Below, piece by piece: positions 1-9,538 of a DNA stretch of 64,000 nucleotides. Origin of the DNA: Nanobdellota archaeon. Its GTDB lineage: Archaea; Nanobdellota; Nanobdellia; Pacearchaeales; GW2011-AR1. The notes beneath the pieces were generated by a model that did not search any database, was not told the DNA's origin, and was given only the letters and a program-made list of their open reading frames with translations. The stretch is taken from the NCBI GenBank assembly GCA_038045825.1, contig JBBSXJ010000004.1, forward strand, positions 95,301 to 159,300, in the 5' to 3' direction. The translations under genes were made by a program, and so were the position numbers. How positions within the stretch are numbered: the first letter of the stretch is position 1; every line of letters begins with the position of its first letter.

Positions 1-1074
1 AAAGAGATTATTGAATCAAATGATGAATATTACATAAAGACTGATAAGATTGCTTTGATAGTTCAAGAATATTTTAACTCTCTTAATGTTGATGAGAAGA
101 AAGAGTTTGAAAACTCCATTACAGAAGCTAACAAGAATTATTACATGGAAGTATCAAAAGAATATGAAAAGACAGTAATTCACAAAGTTGGAATAGATGG
201 TTTGGATATTTCTTATTCTGGGACTGCTGAAGTTCCTGGTTATGTTTTGAATCAATTCTCAATGGATGAATATAAGGGTAATTTTAGGATTGCAACAACC
301 ACTGGAAACAGTTTTGGAAATATTGATCACTCTCTTAATCACCTTTATATTTTGAATGAAGATTTGGAGATTATTGGCAGTGTTGAAAATCTTGCTTCTG
401 GTGAAAGGATATATTCTGCTCGTTTTGTTGGAGAGAAGGCTTATATGGTTACTTTCAGGCAAGTAGATCCATTATATGTTATTGATTTATCTGATGCTTC
501 AAATCCAGAGGTTTTAGGATTCTTGAAAGTTACAGGATTTTCTAACTATCTTCATCCTATCGGAAATGATCTCCTGCTTGGAATAGGCCGTGAAGCTACT
601 GAAGAAGGAAGAACTGAAGGTTTGAAAATATCTTTGTTTGATGTTTCTGATTTTGAGAATCCTATTGAACTTGATAAGTATGTTGTTGAAAGTGATTGGT
701 CTTATTCAGAGGCCGAATATGAACATAAAGCAGTATTATTTGATGATGCCCGTGATTTGCTTGTTATTCCCGTTACATATTCTCAGCAATTAGGAAATAG
801 TTGGGAATATTGGCAGGGAGCTTTTGCCTTTACTGTAACTGATGAGGATGTATCTTTGAAAGGAAAGATATCTCATGATATGAAGAAAGACAATGTTAAA
901 GAATATTATGGGGAATATGGTTATGTTCAAAGATCTTTGTTTATGGATGATGTTCTTTACACGGTATCTAATCGTATGGTGAAAGCTAATTCTATTAATA
1001 ATTTGACTTTCATCTCTGATGTTGACTTGCCTTTCGAAGAACCTATTTATTATGCAGTGGATGCAGTTAGATAA
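1..1074 (+). CDS. Beta-propeller domain protein (Beta_propel family), 5'-truncated by window edge
   Basis: Frame open from base 1; motifs LNQFSMDEY..FRIATT, GERIYSARF, TFRQVDPL, GFSNYLHP. Confidence 0.85.
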   Translation, partial: KEIIESNDEYYIKTDKIALIVQEYFNSLNVDEKKEFENSITEANKNYYMEVSKEYEKTVIHKVGIDGLDISYSGTAEVPGYVLNQFSMDEYKGNFRIATTTGNSFGNIDHSLNHLYILNEDLEIIGSVENLASGERIYSARFVGEKAYMVTFRQVDPLYVIDLSDASNPEVLGFLKVTGFSNYLHPIGNDLLLGIGREATEEGRTEGLKISLFDVSDFENPIELDKYVVESDWSYSEAEYEHKAVLFDDARDLLVIPVTYSQQLGNSWEYWQGAFAFTVTDEDVSLKGKISHDMKKDNVKEYYGEYGYVQRSLFMDDVLYTVSNRMVKANSINNLTFISDVDLPFEEPIYYAVDAVR

Positions 1075-1302
1075 TTTGGCAACTATCTGTATGGAACATT
1101 CTTCCTAAAAGAAAGATTGTATGGTTGCTAAGAATCCTTGCAGATAGCAAAGAACCTCTCAAGATTATTATGGAGAGAATAAAATCTAAGAAGGTTATTA
1201 TATTCAATGAAATAGCTTGTGCTAGAGCCCACTTAAAGATGAATGAGAAGATAAAAAAAGCTTTTATTAAAACTTAAAAAGCTTGTTTTGTCTTGATTTT
1301 AT

Positions 1303-2346
1303 ATGTTAACTAAAAAACAATTATCTGAAATACGCGAACATCTTGAAAAGGCTCAAAATCCTATATTCTTATATGACAATGATGTTGATGGGCTTTCTAG
1401 TTATGTTCTTTTGAGAAGATTTATTGGTCGCGGTAAAGGTGTTGCTGTAAAATCTCATCCTATTATAGATGTTAATTATGCTAAGAGAGTTCAAGAACTT
1501 GGAGGAGATTATGTTTTTGTCTTGGATAGACATTCCCTTGGAGATAATTTTGTAAATGAAATATCTATGCTTCAAATTCCTATAGTTTGGATAGATCATC
1601 ATGATGTTTCCGAGGAAGAACACTCTTACTCGATGCTTTATAGATATAATCCTATGAAGAATAAAAAGAAAAGTTCAGAACCAACAACTTATTTATGCTA
1701 TAGTGCTACTAAACGTGCAGAGGATATTTGGCTTGTTTTGATAGGTTGTATTGCTGATCACTATCTTCCTGATTTTGTTAGTGAATTTGCAAACAACTAC
1801 GGCGTCTTGTGGGGTAAAGATATAAAAGAACCTTTTCAGGCGCTTTATTCTACTGGGATAGGGCGCCTAGCTCGTGCATTGAGTTTTGGTTTGAAAGATT
1901 CAATAAGCCATGTTGTTCAGTTACAGAACTTCTTGATTGCTTGTAAGAGTCCATATGATATAGGGCAGGAACTTGAAAGCAATAGTGCCTTTGCGATAAA
2001 ATATAAAGAGATATCTAAGAAGTATTCTGCTCTTCTTGATGATGCAAAGAAAAATGGAGAAGAAAAGTTAATATTTTATAATTACAGCGGTCAGTTGAGT
2101 ATAAGCTCTGATTTATCAAATGAGCTTTCTTACATTTATTCTAAGAGCTACATTTGTGTTTGCTATAGTTCTGGACCAATTACAAATATTTCTCTTAGGG
2201 GAAATAATGTGAAGAAGATTCTTGCAGAGATATTGCCATTGCTTGATGGTGCTACCGGAGGAGGACATAGAGATGCAGTTGGTGCCAGGATAAAAACTGA
2301 AAATTTGGAACGTTTTAGAAAAGAACTTGAATCTAGAATTAAGTAA
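1303..2346 (+). CDS. DHH/DHHA1 family phosphoesterase
   Basis: DxDG (YDNDVDG), IDHH and C-terminal GGGH motifs. Confidence 0.85.
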   Translation: MLTKKQLSEIREHLEKAQNPIFLYDNDVDGLSSYVLLRRFIGRGKGVAVKSHPIIDVNYAKRVQELGGDYVFVLDRHSLGDNFVNEISMLQIPIVWIDHHDVSEEEHSYSMLYRYNPMKNKKKSSEPTTYLCYSATKRAEDIWLVLIGCIADHYLPDFVSEFANNYGVLWGKDIKEPFQALYSTGIGRLARALSFGLKDSISHVVQLQNFLIACKSPYDIGQELESNSAFAIKYKEISKKYSALLDDAKKNGEEKLIFYNYSGQLSISSDLSNELSYIYSKSYICVCYSSGPITNISLRGNNVKKILAEILPLLDGATGGGHRDAVGARIKTENLERFRKELESRIK

Positions 2347-2462
2347 TTTTATAAATAATTTTAAACTCAGATTTTTATAATGAGATGCATCAGATATGTC
2401 AAGTGTTTTAAAAAAATGGAACTTACCGCTGGATTTAAAAACTAAATTCTTAACACTTTTTA

Positions 2463-3155
2463 ATGGATGATTTAAAAGCCCCATTACATTTGGCGATTAT
2501 CCCGGACGGTAATCGTAGATGGGCCGAATCTCAAGGATTAAGTGCAGTTAAGGGATACTCTAAAGTTGATTATAATCATTTAGAGGGTTTAATTCTAGAA
2601 GCTAAAAATCTTGGAGTGAAATATATGAGCTTATGGCTCTTCTCAACTGAAAACTGGAAGCGTTCTAAAACTGAGATAGATTTTTTATTTAATCATTTTT
2701 TAAAAAATAAAGATGCTCTTTTGGATGGTGCAATAAAAAATAATGTTAAATTGAAGCACCTAGGCAGAAAAGACAGGTTACCTAATAAAGTTATTCAAGC
2801 ATTAGATTTGCTTGAAAATCAGACCAAAGACAACAAAGAATTTACTGTCTTGATTTGTATGGATTATGGTGGAAGAGATGAAATTCTGAGAGCTATTAAT
2901 AATGCTTTGAAGTCAGGACAAAGCAGTATTAGTGAAAAAGAATTCAGGAACTATCTTGATTCTAAAGATGTTCCAGATCCTGATTTAATAATTAGAACCT
3001 CTGGAGAACAAAGATTAAGCGGATTTATGCCTTTTCAATCTGTTTATAGTGAGTTTTATTTTGCTGATATGCATTTCCCTGACTTTGTTGCTAGTGATTT
3101 GAAGACTGCTATTGAAGATTATTCTAAAAGAAAGAGAAGACTTGGTGGTAATTGA
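2463..3155 (+). CDS. uppS: cis-prenyltransferase (polyprenyl diphosphate synthase)
   Basis: IIPDGNRRWA, FSTENWKRS, PDLIIRTSGEQRLSGF. Confidence 0.95.
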   Translation: MDDLKAPLHLAIIPDGNRRWAESQGLSAVKGYSKVDYNHLEGLILEAKNLGVKYMSLWLFSTENWKRSKTEIDFLFNHFLKNKDALLDGAIKNNVKLKHLGRKDRLPNKVIQALDLLENQTKDNKEFTVLICMDYGGRDEILRAINNALKSGQSSISEKEFRNYLDSKDVPDPDLIIRTSGEQRLSGFMPFQSVYSEFYFADMHFPDFVASDLKTAIEDYSKRKRRLGGN

Positions 3156-3199
3156 AGAGCCTGCATAATATTTATATGCTCTTCTTTCCTTTATCATTT

Positions 3200-3694
3200 A
3201 TGGCTATAAGGAGAGATCAATTTTTTCTTGGATTAATTAGGATATGTCTTGGATTTGTATTTCTATGGGCTTTTTTAGATAAAACTTTCGGATTGGGTTT
3301 TGCTACTGTTTCTGAGAAGGCGTGGCTTGCCGGCGGTTCTCCTACATCTGGTTTCTTACTTAATGGAACTCATGGACTATTTGCAGGATTTTATCAATCT
3401 CTTGCTAATATACTTTTAATTGACTGGATCTTTATGATTGGTTTGCTCTGCATAGGATTATCTCTTATACTTGGAATTGCAGTTAGGATCGCAGGATATA
3501 GTGGTGCTTTACTTATGCTTTTAATGTACACTGCAGCTATGCCACCATCAAATAATCCTTTAATTGATGACCATATTATCTATGCATTAATTTTGCTTTT
3601 GTTTGCTAATGTGAAGATGGTAGGGCACTGGTTTGGAATGGGGGGTCTTTGGTCTAAGACTTCTCTGGTAAAAAAATATAGATTTCTTGAATAA
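3200..3694 (+). CDS. DoxX / thiosulfate:quinone oxidoreductase-like membrane protein
   Basis: RICLGFVFLWAFLDK..G, W..GGSPT.GFL, NNP.IDDHIIY; ATG at 3200 preferred over TTG at 3152. Confidence 0.8.
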   Translation: MAIRRDQFFLGLIRICLGFVFLWAFLDKTFGLGFATVSEKAWLAGGSPTSGFLLNGTHGLFAGFYQSLANILLIDWIFMIGLLCIGLSLILGIAVRIAGYSGALLMLLMYTAAMPPSNNPLIDDHIIYALILLLFANVKMVGHWFGMGGLWSKTSLVKKYRFLE

Positions 3695-3751
3695 TCCAAA
3701 TTAATCAAAGAGAATTTGATTAATTATTCTTTATTTGTCTTAAATTCTCTA

Positions 3752-3921
3752 ATTGACAATTCTTGATGTCGATAGTCTCTCACACAAACTACACCCTTTA
3801 GGGTGTGTTCAAGACTTCGATCATCCAAAAATCGAGCACCAATCAAACCACACACTAAAGTGTGTGGTGGTGCATCGATTTTTTGATTTAACTCTTTATT
3901 AAAAAAGAGAGAATTGTCAAT
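3752..3921. repeat. Nested inverted-repeat element (MITE/REP-like or structured ncRNA)
   Basis: Perfect 12-bp IR ATTGACAATTCT (3752-3763) / AGAATTGTCAAT (3910-3921) enclosing long hairpins with tips ACACCCTTTAGGGTGT and ACCACACACTAAAGTGTGTGGT. Confidence 0.75.
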
Positions 3922-3953
3922 AACTTAATATATTCAGGTTTTTTGTTCTAAAT

Positions 3954-5321
3954 ATGGTTAAACTGAAATGCGGACTTGAGATACATACTTATATTTTAAC
4001 TAATGAAAAGCTTTTTTGCAGATGTAAAGCCTCTCGTGAGAGAGGACTTGAACCTAATACTTTGATTTGTCCAATATGCACTGGTCAGCCTGGAGCAAAA
4101 CCCATGGCTCCTAATTTAAATGCTGTTGAGAAAGCTGTACAAATTGCATCAATGCTTGGGTGTAAAATCAATAGTGAAATGCCTTGGATGAGAAAACATT
4201 ATGATTGGCCTGACTTGCCTAAAGGTTATCAAAATACTATGAGTGGGGCTCACGCTGTTCCACTAGGGGTGAATGGTAAGTTTGAAGGAGTAAATATTGA
4301 AAGTATGCATTTAGAAGAAGATCCTGCTGCGTGGGATCCAAAAACTGGAGAGGTTGATTATAACCGAAGTGGATTGCCTTTAGTTGAAATAGTAACTGCT
4401 CCTGAATTTAAATCTGCAGATGAAGTTTATCATTGGGTAAATAAGTTAATTCACGCTTTGAATTATCTTAAAGTTGTTGATTCTAACGCTGGTATTAAAG
4501 CCGATGTTAATGTTTCATTAATTGATGATAGTGGTAAACAGAGGACAGAGAGGGTTGAAATCAAAAACATTACATCTATTGATGCAATGAAATCAGCTAT
4601 TCTTTTTGAGTTTGAACGTCAGTCTAAAGAGGGAAGTGTCCGTGAGACTAGAAGATATGATGAATCCAAGGGTATTACAATGAGAATGAGGAGCAAGGAA
4701 AAACAGGATGATTATAGATTCATAGTTGATCCTGATTTAATGTCTGTTGCATTAAAAAAGAGTTTTATTGATAATCAGGAGAAACTAATTCCTGAATTAC
4801 CTAGCGTTAAACTTGAGAAGCTGATTAAGAAATATAAAATAGACTCTATGAACGCTCTTGTTCTTGCTAAGGATTTAGATATAGTTTCATTCTTTGAAAA
4901 TGTTGCTGAAAAGATTGATGGAAAATTTGCTCTACCTTGGATTACTGTTGAATTACTTAGGGTATTGAATTATAATAACAAGAAGTTAAGTGAAGTTTTT
5001 GTTTCAGTTGAACATTTTGTTAAACTTCTTCACTTGGTGAAAGAAAAGAAAATAACTGAATTGCAGGCAAAACAGATTTTGAATAAATTTGTTCCTCAAA
5101 GTTTTGATCCTTCTAAGACAGAGGGAAGGATTGAAAGCGAGAAGGAACTTGAACCTGTGATCAGAAAAGTTTTGAATGAACATAAGAAAGTTGTAATTGA
5201 TTATATTAATGGAGATGTTAAGTCATTCAATTATTTGATTGGGGAAGTTATGCGTGCGACAAACAGAAGGGCTGATTCTAATGCTGTTAGAAAATTGCTT
5301 GAAAAAATGATAAAGAAGTAG
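3954..5321 (+). CDS. gatB: Asp-tRNA(Asn)/Glu-tRNA(Gln) amidotransferase subunit B
   Basis: GLEIH, CPICTGQPG, RKHY.WPDLPKGYQ, HLEED, DYNRSG.PLVEIVT. Confidence 0.95.
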   Translation: MVKLKCGLEIHTYILTNEKLFCRCKASRERGLEPNTLICPICTGQPGAKPMAPNLNAVEKAVQIASMLGCKINSEMPWMRKHYDWPDLPKGYQNTMSGAHAVPLGVNGKFEGVNIESMHLEEDPAAWDPKTGEVDYNRSGLPLVEIVTAPEFKSADEVYHWVNKLIHALNYLKVVDSNAGIKADVNVSLIDDSGKQRTERVEIKNITSIDAMKSAILFEFERQSKEGSVRETRRYDESKGITMRMRSKEKQDDYRFIVDPDLMSVALKKSFIDNQEKLIPELPSVKLEKLIKKYKIDSMNALVLAKDLDIVSFFENVAEKIDGKFALPWITVELLRVLNYNNKKLSEVFVSVEHFVKLLHLVKEKKITELQAKQILNKFVPQSFDPSKTEGRIESEKELEPVIRKVLNEHKKVVIDYINGDVKSFNYLIGEVMRATNRRADSNAVRKLLEKMIKK

Positions 5322-5364
5322 ATTTAGATAGTTTTATAAATATGTAAGTACATGTTAGAACATC

Positions 5365-5562
5365 ATGGCTGATAGGAAAAGAATGAAGAAACTGAGAGAG
5401 AAGAGAATTGAATCTGTAAAAGAACAGATAGAAAAGCATGAAGATAAAATCAAAACCCAGAAAGGAAGAAAAGATACGACTAAAGAGTATTGGCAGAAGG
5501 AAATTGATGAAAAATTTCTTAAACAACTTAAAGAAGATGCAGATTATTTAGGGAAACATTGA
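5365..5562 (+). CDS. Small basic helical hypothetical protein, coupled to downstream nucleotidyltransferase gene
   Basis: 65-aa ORF, 4 nt before next ATG. Confidence 0.65.
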   Translation: MADRKRMKKLREKRIESVKEQIEKHEDKIKTQKGRKDTTKEYWQKEIDEKFLKQLKEDADYLGKH

Positions 5563-5566
5563 TTAA

Positions 5567-6355
5567 ATGGAAATTGAAATAAAGAAAACAGTAAAAGCAG
5601 GTAATTCTTCAGCAGTCATACTACCGAGAGCGTGGCTCGATCAAGAAGTGCGTGTTGAACTTATCAAAAAAACTCCTCAAAAGATTCTTTATGAAACTTT
5701 GAGTATTGTTGGAAGATATATAGATACTAAAGAAATAATTGGAATTTACTTGGTTGGAAGCTATGCTCGCCAGGAGGATAGTGGAGAGAGTGATATAGAT
5801 ATTCTAATTGTTACCTCTAATGTGGATAAAGAGATGATTCACGATGGAATTTATAGTATATTAATTATTTCAGATGAATTATTAAGATGGAAACTGGAAA
5901 ATGACTTGCTTCCAATTGGACCTATGATTAAAGAGGCTATATCTTTGATAAATTCATCTTATTTGAATTCGATAAAAATAACTCCTACTGTGAATAATTT
6001 GAAATGGTATATAGAAACAACAAAAGATAAGCTAGGTTTGATAAGAAATGTTTTAGATATTACAAAAGAAAAAGTAAACGATAAAGTGGTTTATAGTCTT
6101 GTTTTAAGAATAAGAACTCTTTATACTATACTTAAACTGATTAATAATGAGAAATACTCAAAAAAAGAATTTGTAAGACTTATAGAAAAGATTTCAGGCA
6201 CTACTAAAGTTTATGATTCTTATGTTTTGGTAAAGAATAATTTAGAAAAAGATGCTGTTTGTACAAAAGAAGAAGCTGAAAAGCTATATACTTATTTAGC
6301 AAATCAATTAAAGAAGGTTATAATTTTACTTAAGAAAAATCTAAAACATAGGTAA
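5567..6355 (+). CDS. AbrB-like (DUF2080-type) DNA-binding domain fused to minimal nucleotidyltransferase (MNT)
   Basis: N-terminal KKTVKAGNSSAVILPRAW; GSYAR...SDIDIL PolB-type NTase motif. Confidence 0.8.
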   Translation: MEIEIKKTVKAGNSSAVILPRAWLDQEVRVELIKKTPQKILYETLSIVGRYIDTKEIIGIYLVGSYARQEDSGESDIDILIVTSNVDKEMIHDGIYSILIISDELLRWKLENDLLPIGPMIKEAISLINSSYLNSIKITPTVNNLKWYIETTKDKLGLIRNVLDITKEKVNDKVVYSLVLRIRTLYTILKLINNEKYSKKEFVRLIEKISGTTKVYDSYVLVKNNLEKDAVCTKEEAEKLYTYLANQLKKVIILLKKNLKHR

Positions 6356-6453
6356 TGTCTTACAACTTTCTAAATTAAAAGCATTCTTGAGCAAATTGGT
6401 TTATTTTACAAAAAGGTGATATTTAAAATACCTCATTTTACTGGTTTAATAAA

Positions 6454-6526
6454 GACCCCATAGTTTAATGGATCAGAATACGGGACTTCGGATCCTGTGA
6501 TCGAGGTTCGATTCCTCGTGGGGTCA
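6454..6526 (+). tRNA. tRNA-Arg (anticodon TCG)
   Basis: Acceptor GACCCCA/TGGGGTC; anticodon arm CGGGA-CTTCGGA-TCCTG; T arm CGAGG-TTCGATT-CCTCG; CCA not encoded. Confidence 0.95.
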
Positions 6527-6624
6527 TTTTCGGCTTGCATATCGTACATTTTATCAGCCTTTACGGCTCGTGCATATGGCTATATGATTCAAATCGTGTG
6601 AAGTAGCTCAATTATAAGAACTTT

Positions 6625-6951
6625 TCAATCATTGTTATGCGAATGAGGACCATATCCATAATTATAATGGAGCCTACCAATGTTATGATCTCCATCTTCT
6701 ACCAGACTAGGAAAACGTGGAATGGTTCTAATCTCATTATCTCTTCTGTCTCTCACAAAAATGAATTTATGATTTGCTTGTCTAACTGTAAATGCTTCAG
6801 ATCCTTGAGGAAGATCTTTTAGATCTCTTTTTCTTTTTACAGAGTAAACTCCAATTACTCTAGGGCTATGAGTATCGAGTCCAGCAATAGCTACATAAGT
6901 GGCTCCCTTTCTATTTGGACTAGGTCTACTGTAATTTACTACTTTTACCAT
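6625..6951 (-). CDS. Hypothetical protein
   Basis: 108-aa ORF with ATG and upstream TATA-like TTTAAAA. Confidence 0.6.
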   Translation of the reverse strand: MVKVVNYSRPSPNRKGATYVAIAGLDTHSPRVIGVYSVKRKRDLKDLPQGSEAFTVRQANHKFIFVRDRRDNEIRTIPRFPSLVEDGDHNIGRLHYNYGYGPHSHNND

Positions 6952-6987
6952 AAAAATCTATCAAATGGTCAATTTTTAAATCTATGT

Positions 6988-9489
6988 TTAATAGTTCTTT
7001 AGAAATTCTCTATTCTTTTCAATGAACTTTAGGTTTAGATCTAGAATTTCAAGGGCATTTGCTTTTATCATTTCATAACGGAATTTGTTCTTTTCTAATA
7101 ATTCTTTTACTCCCTCTTTTGCTGATGTTGTGACTTGGCATATTACTAATGGGTCTACAAAATCTCTCATGATGTAATGGTTGTCTTGATGTTTATCGAA
7201 CTTGCTCCAGTTTTTTTTAGCCCAATCTAAAAGTATCCTTTGAGCTGCTGGATTTATCATAAGATTTCTTAACACATAGAGAAGATCTTGGGATCTTACT
7301 TTATCACTAATTGCATAGTCTAGAGTTTTTGAAAGTAATTTTGGATCAAAGAAACAACCTAACCCCCCTAACAACTTAACTTTTGACTCTAATTCTTTTG
7401 ATGATTCATATTTTGAGATCATATCTTTAAACAACTTTTCATCCCCATCTCTTGCAACTATGAAATAGATTGGATTTGCTATATCTAATTCGATATCTTC
7501 ACTAGCATAAATCTTTTTAGCTTGCTCTATTGTTTCTTTATCATATGCATAACCACAGAAACTAATGCATAAACTTCTCATTAATCTATCGTCTGAAGAA
7601 TCACTTTGTTTGTTTTTCCATCCTAGTTTGTTTAATTGTTTTTTATATGTTGGAAGTAACTTGTCCAATATTTTCTTTCTTGATTTTGGCCACCAACTTT
7701 CATAATAAAATAGTCTGTCTATTTTTCTAATTGCTGAGGAAACTTCTGCTAATGTAATGTAGTTATCTTCTTCCAAATAATTATCTAGTAAATTGAGATA
7801 GATCTTTAAGTCAACTTCACTAAAATTACACAAAGCCCATAAATCATTGTGGATACCCCACCTATCCTCTTTAGGTAATTTCTTTTCTTTAACAAGCTTA
7901 CTTAAATTATTTAGGATCTCTTCTGAATACTTTGTTCTATAAAACCCGAAATGTTTATGATTAAGTTTAGGTAGGTTGAAAGGGTGATTTTCTTCTTTTT
8001 TATCTAATAGTATCTTGCTCTCTTTTCCTTCTTCGTAAATTGAAATAGGCACCGGCCATAATTGGGAGCTATTTTTATTGAATCTTTTTTGTGATATTTT
8101 TACTCCAGCTTTTGATTTTTCTACAGAAACTAGAGGGTAACCTGGCTCTGAAATCCAGCTTTCCATCATTTCTTTTACTTTTTTATTGTGAGATACTTCT
8201 TTAAGACAGTCCCAGAAATCTGATGCACTTGCGTTACTATAAGAATACTTCTTTAAATAATTTGATACTCCTTTTCTGAATTGTTCTTCTCCTATAAAAT
8301 TCTCAAGCATTCTTAGTATGCTTCCACCTTTTTCATAACTTATTTCATCAAATATTTCTCCTATTTCATCTGGATTCTTCACTTCAACTTTTATAGGGTG
8401 GGTTGTTTTTAGAGAGTCTTTGAATAATCCTAATGCTAAAGCGCCAGATAAGTAGTCATCCCAGACATTCCATTCTGGATTGTAATTGTGAACTGCTTTG
8501 AATGCCATGTAATTTGCGAAACTTTCATTAAGCCAAAGATCTTCCCACCATTTCATTGTAACTAGATCTCCAGACCATTGATGCCATAATTCATGAGAAA
8601 TTACTTCAGCTGATAATTTTTTTCTTGCAGTAGAACTTTTTTCTAGATCTATTAGAAGAATTACTTCTCTAAATGCTATTGCTCCCCAATTTTCCATTCC
8701 TCCTACATTAAAGTCTGGTACAGCTATCAAGTCTAATTTTTCTAAAGGATATGGTACTTCGGAATACTTTTCAAAATATTCAAGATATTTTTTAGTTTTA
8801 TTAATTGCAAATGAAGCATTATTTGTTTTTCCCGGAGTAGTTACTATTCTTATTTTTACAGATTTGTAATTGTCTTCTAGAAACTCGAAATCCCCTATTC
8901 CTAAATAGAAAAGATAAGAAGACATTTTTGGACTTGTTTTGAAAGTTACTGTTTTTTTGTTGTTTTCTATTTTTTCTGATTTTGGTAATGTGTTGCTTAT
9001 TGCTTTGAGATTCTTTTCTATTATTGCTATTATGTCAAAAGTGGCTTTTTTTGCAGGTTCATCAAAACAAGGGAATATTCTTCTTGCATATGGTGCTTCG
9101 CACTGAGTTGTTATAATATGCTCTGTCTTTTCTTTGTGTTCGTATTTGCTTTTGTATATTCCTGCTAAATCTTCAGTTATTAAGCCATCAAATTCGATAT
9201 GTATTTCTATATCTCCTTTGATTTCTTTTTGGACTTCTAGTGTAATTGTTTCAGAATCTTTGTCTTCTTTTATTTTTGGAAGCAAACATTGAGTTCCTAT
9301 ACATATAGTTGCTGTCTTAATTTTAGAATTTTTTGAGTGAAGAATTATCTCTTTTGTTTGTTTTGATATATTTGCTTTTATTTGAACTGAACCTTTGTAA
9401 GAGTTCATATCTTTTGAAGGTTCTATTGATATTGTATAGTGTGATGGATTAACAAAATCTTGCAATCTTGCCATCTCTTTTTTACTCAT
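6988..9489 (-). CDS. M1 family aminopeptidase (tricorn-interacting factor F2/F3-like)
   Basis: GGMENWG, HELWHQW (HExxH) with downstream LWLNES, ISYEKG. Confidence 0.95.
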   Translation of the reverse strand: MSKKEMARLQDFVNPSHYTISIEPSKDMNSYKGSVQIKANISKQTKEIILHSKNSKIKTATICIGTQCLLPKIKEDKDSETITLEVQKEIKGDIEIHIEFDGLITEDLAGIYKSKYEHKEKTEHIITTQCEAPYARRIFPCFDEPAKKATFDIIAIIEKNLKAISNTLPKSEKIENNKKTVTFKTSPKMSSYLFYLGIGDFEFLEDNYKSVKIRIVTTPGKTNNASFAINKTKKYLEYFEKYSEVPYPLEKLDLIAVPDFNVGGMENWGAIAFREVILLIDLEKSSTARKKLSAEVISHELWHQWSGDLVTMKWWEDLWLNESFANYMAFKAVHNYNPEWNVWDDYLSGALALGLFKDSLKTTHPIKVEVKNPDEIGEIFDEISYEKGGSILRMLENFIGEEQFRKGVSNYLKKYSYSNASASDFWDCLKEVSHNKKVKEMMESWISEPGYPLVSVEKSKAGVKISQKRFNKNSSQLWPVPISIYEEGKESKILLDKKEENHPFNLPKLNHKHFGFYRTKYSEEILNNLSKLVKEKKLPKEDRWGIHNDLWALCNFSEVDLKIYLNLLDNYLEEDNYITLAEVSSAIRKIDRLFYYESWWPKSRKKILDKLLPTYKKQLNKLGWKNKQSDSSDDRLMRSLCISFCGYAYDKETIEQAKKIYASEDIELDIANPIYFIVARDGDEKLFKDMISKYESSKELESKVKLLGGLGCFFDPKLLSKTLDYAISDKVRSQDLLYVLRNLMINPAAQRILLDWAKKNWSKFDKHQDNHYIMRDFVDPLVICQVTTSAKEGVKELLEKNKFRYEMIKANALEILDLNLKFIEKNREFLKNY

Positions 9490-9538
9490 GTTATCTCTTG
9501 TAGATAAGGTTTAATAAGTATTATCCTTCTTTTTTTAT

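Noticed and set aside
1071..1277. Stop-free ~68-codon frame between the first two genes
   Set aside because: No convincing start or recognisable motif; may be a remnant but is unsupported
6527..6610. Weak hairpins and a T-loop-like GATTCAAATC after tRNA-Arg, as a possible att site or tRNA fragment
   Set aside because: No match to the tRNA 3' end, no cloverleaf, and stems rely on G-U pairs
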